A stretch of DNA of 64,000 bases from Amoebidium appalachense (Eukaryota > Protista > Ichthyosporea): NCBI GenBank assembly GCA_963693365.1, contig CAVNZM010000006.1:868001-932000 (forward strand), in the 5' to 3' direction. A program made the translations under genes and the position numbers. The notes beneath the pieces are model-generated. The model was not told the origin of the DNA. It did not search any database and saw nothing but the letters and a program-made list of their open reading frames with translations. Position 1 is the stretch's first letter; each line of letters begins with the position of its first letter. Positions 1-9,922 of the stretch are shown here, piece after piece.

Positions 1-161
1 CTCCGCATGTACTTGATGAGGAAACGTGAGTACACCCGCTTTCTCTCGCTGTCCTTGTAAGTTGTTGCATTTCTACTCTGCTTTCTGAGACGGATATACT
101 CGCGTGCCATTTTTGCCATTTTCTCTGGAGCCTCATTGGTTACGTCTTCAACATGCCTCAT
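1..161 (-). CDS. Partial ORF or exon running off the window edge, product unknown
   Basis: Open frame MRHVEDVTNEAPEKMAKMAREYIRLRKQSRNATTYKDSERKRVYSRFLIKYMR to position 1. A possible acceptor (tccag) lies at 170-174. No family recognised. Confidence 0.3.
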   Translation of the reverse strand, partial: MRHVEDVTNEAPEKMAKMAREYIRLRKQSRNATTYKDSERKRVYSRFLIKYMR

Positions 162-354
162 TTTTTTTCCTGGACCCAAGACTGGTTAATTGTACATGTG
201 ATTAATAATATATTTTTGGAACCCACCCAAAGTTGCTAAATTAATGTAAAAAAAATGCAGCCTGCAAGACCGTGCTGGCTGGTGCCGTCCCACGTGCGCC
301 GATTGCCAGGTTGTAAACTCCGTATATTATATACGAAATGCGGAGATTCTGAAG

Positions 355-548
355 GGGGTTTACGCTGTTTACTCGAGGCAAAGAGAACCAGTCTCAGGTA
401 TGGGGGGGGGGTTTTGCTCGGAATATCCCCTCAGCGGTATATCATGATCACGTACATAGATGTCGGGTGGTGACTATATATCAGGGTTTACTTTCTCTAC
501 GAGACACCATAAAGACTACAAGGAGAAATCAATTAGTTGGGGTTCCCC

Positions 549-581
<33 letters not shown>

Positions 582-613
582 GGGCTCCCCTTGGGACACT
601 CGGTATCAGCTGG

Positions 614-686
<73 letters not shown>

Positions 687-1925
687 TGTTTGTGTGTGTG
701 TGTGCGCGTGCGCTATAATTTTGTAGTGATGTGTTTCTCAAGCCAATCAATACATCTAATAAACAGGTCGTAGTTACGCGTGTTTAGTATAAAATCAAGG
801 ATGTTGTAATTTACAGGTAGGCTATCTTTCTGGGTGTCTGTTGTGAATGTGACGTGTGTGTGTTGCGGTATTATGTGGTCTATCAAACTACATTTGGCGA
901 TACATGACCGGTTAAACTGGTGTGTGTGTGTGTTGTTTGGGCATGCAAATGATGCCACCTTATACTTATTAGATCTCCACTGTATAGCACGTGTACAGTA
1001 AAAGCGTGGTAATTGATCAATAATACCATCAGCTAGAGAAAGACCAGTTCTACAGGAAGGTAATATGTATTTAGGTGTTATACATTTGCGAGTGCCATAT
1101 TTGGCAATATGGTTGAGGCGGTCAGTATATATAAAACGAGACATAAGGCTTAGTTTTTCAAGGTGTATGCTTTCATCGAGTCTAGTGTCGTGTGGTATCT
1201 TTTTCCATTTGTTATATTGCGTGATTATCTTGTGATTGTGTACATGTTTAATAAGTAAGTGGCAGTCCAAAGTCACACACACACTATTGCGGGGTTTATT
1301 TGTATTTGTGCCCAGGGGAGAAGGGGAGAGAGAGGGGAGGAAAGAGGGGAGAGGTGAGGAGGGGACAGGTCGGATAGAGAAGAGAGGGTGGGAGGGCAAA
1401 TACTTCTTTAAGCGGCTTATGTGCTTATTGAATTTCAGCGCGAGATAGGATACTCTAGCAGCTATTGGGACCAGACCATATATCGAGAGCGTTACAGGCC
1501 CAGGTTTACAACAGTTGTTAGATAGAAAGGAGGCAACTTCTGCTTCAAGGAAATTTGCCAAGGGTTTAAGCGCTCTAGTTCTCTCTTTCTTGATCCAAGC
1601 GGCGAGAAGGGGTAAACCATATTCACATGCCGGGAAGACAAAAGTGCGAATAAATGTAAGTCTAATAGAAGGATGGAGGGGTGTGTCTTTAAAAATATTA
1701 GCCGAGAAGAAAGCTAACCGCTTACGAGCCAACTCTACCCTCTTTTCGACCATATGGGGAAACATAACACCAACAGAATCAACCGGAACACCAAGATATT
1801 TGTATTCTGGAACTATAGGTACAGGTTTAGATGATAATGTAAATGTGTGTAAATTGTTAGCTATATCAGGTACAAGAACACCACATTTGTCTATGTTAAG
1901 GATCATAAGGTTTGCCTTGGGGGTA
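355..1925 (-). mobile_element. 5'-truncated non-LTR retrotransposon (LINE) copy 1, including 3' UTR
   Basis: Contains the RT C-terminal ORF at 713-1933. The 3' UTR has (CA)n and an A-run at about 550-577. The probable 3' end is TCTTTGCCTCGAGTAAACAGCGTAAACCCC (355-384), repeated exactly at 27253-27282. Confidence 0.75.
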
Positions 1926-1933
1926 AACCACAC
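713..1933 (-). CDS. LINE ORF2 fragment: end of reverse transcriptase, thumb and C-terminal Cys-rich domain
   Basis: 406 uninterrupted codons. Motifs NLMILNIDKC, PIVPEYKYLGV (late RT domains), FIRTFVFPACEYGLP, and the C-terminal WRSN...CPN...FNRSC...ILDFILN. Confidence 0.85.
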   Translation of the reverse strand: MWFTPKANLMILNIDKCGVLVPDIANNLHTFTLSSKPVPIVPEYKYLGVPVDSVGVMFPHMVEKRVELARKRLAFFSANIFKDTPLHPSIRLTFIRTFVFPACEYGLPLLAAWIKKERTRALKPLANFLEAEVASFLSNNCCKPGPVTLSIYGLVPIAARVSYLALKFNKHISRLKKYLPSHPLFSIRPVPSSPLPSFLPSLSPSPLGTNTNKPRNSVCVTLDCHLLIKHVHNHKIITQYNKWKKIPHDTRLDESIHLEKLSLMSRFIYTDRLNHIAKYGTRKCITPKYILPSCRTGLSLADGIIDQLPRFYCTRAIQWRSNKYKVASFACPNNTHTHQFNRSCIAKCSLIDHIIPQHTHVTFTTDTQKDSLPVNYNILDFILNTRNYDLFIRCIDWLEKHITTKL

Positions 1934-2842
1934 GTTTGCTTAATGCGGAAGTCCCATATTCGGATAGTTGAGGAATTTACCCTCCTCTGTTTTCCGCAAA
2001 TCTTGAAATATGCAAGTTACACCATCGGTTGTACATCCACCTAAGCCACCAGCCACAAGCGCCGTGCCGGTTGTCGGCCTGCACCAAATTTGACATGGTC
2101 GTACAGCACACCGATTACATTCCCCTGTTTTTTTCCCACTGAAAAAACTTCACTCTGGCCCATATTACGTTCCTCCAAAATCCATCATACACGTCGGAGC
2201 GTCCACATTTTCGCGCCCCGGCAGCCACTGCAATGAGCCAATGACTGTATCCTCTCCTCCAATCAGATCGCGCCGGTCTGCAGGGGGGGGATTACGAAAA
2301 AACGTCGTAATTACGATTAACGAAAAGACCCCGATACGAATAAGGTTAGGGTGCCGTCGTAACAGCTTTCGTATCAGATATATAACAAAAAGAAACGCTT
2401 TAAGGCCCCCTAATATCTAACTGTACCTGATTTTTTCAATATTTCTGTTCAAGAACATATCTACAGCGCTTCTCATGAGCAATATCGAACCCCGACAAGT
2501 ATCCAGGGCTTCTAATGTTGCGATACTTAATTTGTAAAAATGCGTATTTTGAGTTTTGTGACTGGAGGGGCGTTTTTAGCTGGGCTTGCAGATCCCCAAG
2601 AACCCCCATTACGATTAAGAAACTGTCCGTTACGATTGGCCAAAGGACAATACGGTTAAGCTGGCCAACCCCAGCCCAACCCTGCCGGTCTGCCCATGCC
2701 AAATTCCTGCCTAGATCCGGCTCGAAGGCCGCTCAGATCCAGCACCGTCAATTGCAACGGACGGACGACGTCCTAAAACATAAAAACGCCCTTCGGAGCG
2801 TTGGGTGCAAGCTTAGGGTTGGCAAACAAACGCACACGTGGA

Positions 2843-3545
2843 GGGTTTACACACTTTTTATTGCGTGGACACTGCCGGAGGCCCAGCCACATTCGACGGC
2901 CTACTGCGTTTTCCAGCGTAGCCAATTAAATGCAGCCAGTGACATATGTACATGCTAGGCAACAATGAGCGCCATCGTAGTATATGACACCCCTATTACA
3001 TAATAAAGGGCCCGTCAGAGGCTAGCATCGGTAGCTCCGAAAGAAAGTTAAGGCACCGGATCACAATATCATACTGTGCAGCATTAATAAGGTGATCTAG
3101 GATAGTCATCTTAAAACGGATATATTGAGGAAGAGAGGAAGAAAAGAGAATAAAACCGCCAATAACCTCCGGTTCTAATACGTTAGCTAACAGGTTGCAC
3201 CTATTGATAGATATGCAGCCGCGAGTAAACCGCCCCCCACACATATTACACATACGAGCAGGAGACACCAGAAACCGATTACACCGCCAATCCATAATCA
3301 TCTTTGCGTTTTTACACCACACCACATTACGAATAAACGAATCTATGTATGAACGAGACTCTCCAACCGTATCCGCCATATAGGCTACTAGTAGTTGGTG
3401 TTTTTGCGGTCCTAACACCGGAAGGGACTCAACACGTAGAGTAAAAAGATATCATCAGCCATAGACTTGAAACTATTCATATTCACACTATGATCTAGCC
3501 GTACCTCCGGTGGGGTCGCCAGCCATTCCACATAACGCTCGGCAA
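2843..3545 (-). mobile_element. 5'-truncated, frameshifted LINE copy 2, related to copy 1
   Basis: ORF 2996-3418 (DWRCNRF...CNMCGGRFTRGC...TILDHLINAAQYDIVIRCLNFL) aligns by eye with the copy 1 C-terminus (QWRSNKY...FNRSC...NILDFILNTRNYDLFIRCIDWL). An upstream frame YVEWLATPPEVRLDHSV matches YNKWKKIPHDTRLDESI. Putative 3' end AATAAAAAGTGTGTAAACCC at about 2843-2862. Confidence 0.75.
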
Positions 3546-3724
3546 ACATGGACGTTCATTTGCAAACCCTATACACTGCCAACCCTAGCTACCTACATAC
3601 GACCATTTGGGCGCTCTCCCTACTATACTACACAGGCCCGTGCTGTTTTCGGCGTATCTGATCTCGCATCCGTCTGACACAGCCGGATCAATCATTTCCG
3701 AGCTATGTAAAAAAAACCCACCCA

Positions 3725-3769
3725 GGATACGGTTAGAGAGTCTCGTTCATACATAGATTCGTTTATTCG
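3725..3769 (+). repeat. 45-bp inverted copy of LINE-internal sequence 3330-3374
   Basis: GGATACGGTTAGAGAGTCTCGTTCATACATAGATTCGTTTATTCG is the reverse complement of 3330-3374 with one mismatch. Confidence 0.9.
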
Positions 3770-4579
3770 AACCCGCCCGCTACTCCTATCTCTACGTTGT
3801 ACACCCATCAGGCTGGGTCGAGGACGGACCAGCTTATCAAGGTTGCCCCAGCAGGCGGCATTTGGGGCTAGTTCAAAGGACGGGTTTCAATGCTTCACAG
3901 GCGCCACTGGGATTGTCGTTGTCAAAAATTTATTAGGGCCGCCTTGGTCGAGGAGCTTCTTTTTCATGCATACACCGCCAGTGTGACAAAATGGCCAACT
4001 TGTCGTACCATTGGATTAGGGCCTTGCAGAAGTTGGGGACCGAGACTCTCTTGCTCTCTTTTGGTGAAACATAGGAAATGGACCTTTTGAAAGATGGAGC
4101 CAAATAAAAGCTGTCCTACGGGCCTTGTTGACAGCAGAAGCAGTTAATGTACCATCAACGGGTTGAGACCTGGCTTGATGTGCAGTTGGGGCGGTCACTG
4201 TCTTTCACCTGCGAGTCCCAAGAAGGGGAGCATGTCTTCCTTGGCGGACTCGTTCTCCCACGCTCACTCGTGCTGAGGTATTCTAGATATCATGATCCTC
4301 GTCACGAACCTACACATCTTTCTTTGCTTTCTCGAGTCTCTGTTGAGCAGGGTGAAAACCTGAAAAGGACTCTCACTAGCCAACCCTCGGCACTCACACC
4401 AACCCCCCTTCGCTTTCTTCTTTCCTATCTCTGCCTAAACCCTCTTTGCCTCAATTTAGATCTCTGTCGTGGGCCCTCTCCCCACTCTCCCTCTCTTTTA
4501 TATTACCCCTCTCCTTGCTTCTCGCTCTGCTGTCCGACTTTCTCTCGCACACGGCATCTACATTTTCAGCGTTCTCAAA

Positions 4580-4629
4580 GTCTCCCTCCCTCCCTCCCTC
4601 CCTCCCTCCCACTCTCTCTCCCTCCCTCC

Positions 4630-4666
<37 letters not shown>

Positions 4667-4960
4667 CTCTCTCTCCCTGCCTTCCCTCCCCCCTCCCTCC
4701 CTCCCTCCCTCTCTCTCTCTCTCTCTCTCTCCCCCCCCCCCCCCTCTCTCCCTGCCCTCCCTCCCTCCCTCCCTCCCTCTCTCTCTCTCTCTCCCCATCT
4801 CTCTCTCTCCCTCCCTCCCTCCCTCCTTTTCCCTCTCTCTCTTCCCTTCCCGGCCTTTTATCCTCCTTTCTCTCTTCCTCTCCGGATCCCTCCTAGCTCT
4901 CTCTCTCTCACTTTCTCTATCTCCCTACTTACCTCCCTCGCTCACTCTCTCTCGCATCTA
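4580..4960. repeat. Polypyrimidine (CT)n/(CCCT)n low-complexity tract
   Basis: Direct inspection. Confidence 0.9.
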
Positions 4961-5470
4961 CCACGCCCTGGTGCTGCTCTCCCTCCTTGTTTCGCGCGCT
5001 ACCTGCCTGGCTGCCTTTCTTTTGTGTGCGCATGTGTTGATATTCCAGTATGTACGCGTAATCCCCCACCTTTTTCTTTCCGATCCCTTTCACCTCATTC
5101 ACCATTTTGTTCCTTCCCTGCTTCTTCCCTCTTCGTTCTCTTGTTTCCTACTCGTCTCGTACTTTTCCACCCAACAAGCAGCCGACCGGTACCTGTATGA
5201 TATGTATACCTGGGCTCACCAACACAGGAGCCAATGTTTCCAGGTTGCCCAGATCGACCAGTAAGGCGCGCCCCAATTCAAGAAAAGCTGCATTTTCAAG
5301 CTTTACACACAGTAACACAGGCAGAGTGGGAATGCCAATTTATAAGCCTTTTGACTCGTGTGTAAGCGCTCCTGCAGCACTCTTCCGATAGCTTTATTTG
5401 ATAAAGTAGCAATGGTGACTTAAAAAACCACCAGCTCGCACACACTTGAAAAAAACGAACGTCAGTAACT

Positions 5471-5534
5471 TAGTCACAGCCGGATCCAACTGCAGCTACA
5501 AAAGAGTAGTCACAGCCGGATCCAACTGCAGCTA
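5471..5534 (+). repeat. Short tandem duplication
   Basis: TAGTCACAGCCGGATCCAACTGCAGCTA occurs twice. Confidence 0.85.
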
Positions 5535-5890
5535 GTTTTGCCGTAATAGCAGGTTGCGTAATAACGTCCGCAGTGTCCAACATTTAAAGCGTCTTACAGA
5601 GAGCATACATCAGCTGCAGCATGCAAAATGCAGGATGAAGTGGCCTAAAAGAGCACAAAACAGTCCACAGAAGCAACAAAAGGCGAGCGCGGAACGGCAA
5701 AAACAGGCAGGTCGGGCTCCCTAGTTAGCGCCAACTTGGCCAAACCACATACATGCCTGCAGTCGAGCTGAACCCACGGTCAACTTAACGTTCATATAAT
5801 CATGGATTTCGCCGGGGCCGACCGCGTATGATTGGCTGGCGAGATGTCCAAAACAATCTGAAAAAGGTTAAATATGACTGACTCCAAAAT

Positions 5891-6424
5891 GTTTCGATTC
5901 GTGTCAAAAGCCAGATTGCCAGATTGCCAGATTATAAACCGCCTCGCCAAAAATGGTTATTCGTCGATCAATCGAATCGGAACGTAAAATTTAAACAACA
6001 TTTTAAGGCCAGATTCAATTTGACCCCTCTTCCAGATTCCAGAATCTGGCGACCCCCCCCCCCCTTCCAGATTGCCAGATTGACCCTGCGCCTTACGATT
6101 GGCCACGCCAGCACCATATAAAGTTCGTATCCAATCCTAGGCGTTTTGCCTTATTAGTATAGCTTTCCAGAAATGCATAAAACTTGGTAATAAATGCCCA
6201 TTTAACAAAATAAAAATTATTTAAATAATATTTCAAAACTATTATTGTTCATTAAGATAAGCCAAGATATTCTATTACCGCGCAAAATGGCAAGTGCCTT
6301 CTTGACCCAAAAAGCTAGATTTTAGCGCTACAAGAACCGGACCGAAATCTAGCCTTTCTGGAATGCCATCGAAATTCTGGCATTCTGGCAATCTGGCAAT
6401 CTGGCTTTTCACACGAATCGAACC
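5891..6424. mobile_element. MITE with ~40-bp terminal inverted repeats, possibly PIF/Harbinger-like
   Basis: Left end GTTTCGATTCGTGTCAAAAGCCAGATTGCCAGATTGCCAGA; right end reverse complement GGTTCGATTCGTGTGAAAAGCCAGATTGCCAGATTGCCAGA. AAT flanks both sides (candidate 3-bp TSD). Internal CCAGATT subrepeats. Confidence 0.75.
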
Positions 6425-6673
6425 AATGACTGCTAGCGTGATTAGCTGCTGATCATGCATCTAGTTAGGCGCAAATGTGCGAACGTGAGCATCACGGATG
6501 TCGACGCGGCGGCTCGCATGCATCCAATGTACATGGCGACACCAGACATCACCAGGCCGGCGAAAAGTGATAAGCGTCCACCAGTGAATACATCGTTATA
6601 TCACTGATGTAGGGCAACGCGGTGATCATAAACTTGAGGACACCGCCGGCGCGTGATACTAATATATGTATAA

Positions 6674-6996
6674 CATGGGGGTCAAATGTCGCACAAATTG
6701 CTCCCCTCGTCAAACAAACGCTTGAAATAAGGAGTAAATAACCTTTTTGAATTTTCTTCAGTGTGAAATTTTTATCACCCGTTTTGTTCTGGAGCTATTA
6801 CACTTCGAACTTTCATATGAACCTTGGCCCGGAAAACGTACTGCAGTTTCGCGGCCATTTTTGTTTTGGCTGTATAACGAGAAATAATGAAGTTATAATT
6901 TTTTCACACTGAGTGTTTCTTTATTATACTTTTATCTGAATTCTGAGCCAAAAAAACCTACGTTAGAAGCACTTCTAGCGACATTTCACCCCCCTG
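6674..6996. mobile_element. Palindromic MITE with hAT-like termini
   Basis: Left CATGGGGGTCAAATGTCGCACAAATTGCT; right reverse complement CAGGGGGGTGAAATGTCGCTAGAAGTGCT. Internal inverted match TCAGTGTGAAA / TTTCACACTGA. No clear TSD. Confidence 0.65.
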
Positions 6997-7333
6997 GTGC
7001 ACCCTTGATTTGCATATGAGCCCGGCCGGGAATCGATCGTCCGGCGCAATTCCATGATTACATGATTACATGAACTTTAAAAAAACAAACATATCACAAA
7101 TTGGTGGAAAATCCTGTTCCTATATTTGTGCGGCTTTCAGGCGCGTTGAAGCCACCAATCACGTTTGAGCTTGGGTATGTGCTGTTTTTGACAACACTTG
7201 ACATGATCAAAATGTCGGAACTTCAGCTAGGCTGAGCTATATCGACAAGAAGGAAAGTAAAGTAAGCTTACCAACATGCTCGTGCCTTCCCGCGACCCTT
7301 AGCCTCTAGCTACTCCCCAGACCCACACCCACC

Positions 7334-8035
7334 ATGGCCCACACAGCTGCACGCCGCGTGCTTGCCTTTGATGTCTACGGCACCCTCATAGACACGGCCG
7401 GGGTTACGGCCGCGCTGGTGCCTTTTGTGGGCAGCCAAGAAAAGGCCGCCCAGTTTGCCACCTTTTGGCGCGAAAAGCAGCTCGAATACAGCTTCAGACG
7501 GGCACTGATGAAGAGCTACGTGGATTTTTCCGTGTGCACGAAACATGGCCTTCTGTACACCGCACAGAGGCTGGGTGTGCACTTGGGGGAGGCAGACATC
7601 GAGGCTCTCATGGGTGTGTACAAGGTACTCCCTGCCTTCCCTGACGCAGTTGACGGGGTGAAGAGGCTACAGGAGAAGGGCTTCACGTGCGTGGCTTTCT
7701 CAAACGGCCGCGAGGACGACGTTCGGGGGCTGCTTTCCAACGGTCAAATTTCGGGACTGTTTAGTGATGTTGTGAGTCTGATGGATATCCAAACATACAA
7801 GCCAGACCCTGCCGCGTACGCCTACTGCCAACAGAGAACAGGCGGGACGGCTACCAGTGACAAGATGCTTATTTCGGGCAACCCCTTTGATGTGCTGGGT
7901 GCCATGAATGCTGGGTGGAAAGGTGCTTGGGTGCAGCGGTCACCAGCAAACCTGTTTGACCCGTGGGGCAGTGTACCCAACTACCTCGTCAAGAGCCTCA
8001 GTGAGCTGGCAGACACACTCATAGCAGAGCTGTAG
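7334..8035 (+). CDS. Haloacid dehalogenase type II (L-2-haloacid dehalogenase-like), intronless
   Basis: 233 aa. HAD motif I FDVYGTL, WREKQLEYS, motif II FSNG, motif III YKPDPAAY, motif IV ISGNPFDVLGA. Confidence 0.92.
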   Translation: MAHTAARRVLAFDVYGTLIDTAGVTAALVPFVGSQEKAAQFATFWREKQLEYSFRRALMKSYVDFSVCTKHGLLYTAQRLGVHLGEADIEALMGVYKVLPAFPDAVDGVKRLQEKGFTCVAFSNGREDDVRGLLSNGQISGLFSDVVSLMDIQTYKPDPAAYAYCQQRTGGTATSDKMLISGNPFDVLGAMNAGWKGAWVQRSPANLFDPWGSVPNYLVKSLSELADTLIAEL

Positions 8036-9922
8036 GGGTTCCCGTTCTCGTGTTGGCTGGGCCGATTAGGAGGAATAGTATGGCAGGGTAGCAAGCAGGA
8101 TGGCGAAAGAGGAGAAGATATTTCCACCAGGTGTGTATTGGTTGTCAGCTTGTACTATGGGAGGTATGGGAAGACAGAGCTGCAAAAAGAGTACGTTGCC
8201 GGGAGGGCAAGGCAGCAACAGTATAGGTAGTCGGCCATTTCGGTCACCGATATATATCAGTTCTTGCAGCTATTTTGTTTAGCAGCCCGGTGCGATAGCT
8301 TCCGTAGTGACGAAAGAAATGCTGCTTTAGGGTGTACTTAGGGTGCGTGTATATGCTTCTGTATACATGATTCTGCTGCGGAGATGTTTACTGAGAAAAT
8401 TGCGCGAGTGCCATCTGACACAATTTCCGATCATACCTGCCGAGTTTCCTCATTACTCTCTTTTGAAGGCTTTCCGCCACACTAGGTGCCCCATATAACC
8501 ATTGACATTTCCGTCCAAGAACCAGAGCAGGTGCATGTTTTTGAAGCTATAACTACAGGAATGCATACTCGCGCTTCCCATGATATTTTGTTAGTTAATC
8601 TGCCGGACAATTCTCGACAAAAAGGGAACCGTTGGATGCTGTACCTCGCTCTGAAAGTTTAATTTCAGAACTTCGTTTGTTAGTACTAGTGTGGGCGCAT
8701 GGTGTAAACGTGTGGGAGGAAGGGCGGTGACATGCATGTGCTATTGTGCGGAATCATGCGTGAGCCTTTTGAATGTAACGTTCCTGTGGGTTACGCGGTG
8801 TCTGCTGTGTTTGCGCATCCGCTTGTGCGCGGATCCCGTGCGTGGCACCTGTTTATTTGTACAGGGTCAGATCTGCTCTGGCTGCCATACAGATCCGGAA
8901 GTTCTGTGGAGAAAAGGCTACAAAAAGTGGGGATGAAAGGTGGGGGTGGGTTGTGTGTGCTCGCGGGGAAGGCGGGGGGGGGGGGGAAGGTAGGGAGGTA
9001 GCCCGGCCCTTTCATGTATACTACAAGGCTGCTTGGCTCTTCTGAAAAGAAGATGCCGCTGCATGGAAATGTGGCCCTGGACGGGCCATTTGGTGATGAG
9101 GGCACAAGTTGTGATGCCCCTTGGTATATATTTGTTCCTTCAGATCTGAAGTGCACGTTGCAGTTGCAATCGACTTGGCCATGACTGCCCTCTGCACTTG
9201 CGTATGTATGCCTACGTCCCTGTTTCACGGGCTGCACTGATGATGACAATCTCAAGGTGCCTCGGACACATGTCCCTTTCCTGCCTCGTGAAAGCTCGTG
9301 TCACTCGTGACTCCTTGTTGATTCAATCGATTTGTATGAGCGAGATATACGGGAGTTACCCCGTACACTAGAGCCCCCCTCATCCTCATAGGCCCCCCTA
9401 TATAGCCTTGCTACACGCCCGCTCTCTCTCAGATTGTCATAGATCTCGCCCAGATTGTCACATAGATTCTCTCCTTCTGACCTTCCCTCTTGTTGTCGTG
9501 TCTGACGTGTACTACGCGCTGCCGAGTGTGCAATACAGGCGACTGCCACCTACGCACAGGTCCGTGTCCCTCTTTGCCTGTCTTGCCCACTTGCTAGCGT
9601 GCCGCGTAGCACGTTCATACAGATTGGATCTAGGCAGGATCTAGGACGAGCAGTGTAACCAATCAAAATAAATTAAGTAACTATTTGACGAATTAAAAAG
9701 TAGAATATTCAATAAGTTGCAAGTTGCTTTTTTTTGGGGGACAACCAAGATCTTTGGAACGCGGACTGGAGACCTTGCAGCCAAGAGTTTGTCAGTTGGT
9801 CTGTCTGTGTGGCAAAATTTTTGTGTTCAAGTTTCAATGGTAGTTCAAGGTGGTTTGATAGCAGAGTGTAGGTGTATGTGTCAAGTTATAGAGTGTAGCG
9901 AGATAGAGAGACAGAACTGAAA

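Noticed and set aside
2341-2822. Interstitial telomeric TTAGGG
   Set aside because: Only isolated single units (about 2346 and 2813), no array.
4147-5264. Long plus-strand ORFs rich in S/L/P
   Set aside because: They are translations of (CT)n/(CCCT)n tracts. The same applies to the many poly-P, poly-G, HT and CV ORFs across the window.
8400-9550. Minus-strand gene between the dehalogenase and the C2-SMP gene
   Set aside because: Some exon-like stretches and a branch-point motif are present, but I could not build a phase-consistent model or recognise a family.
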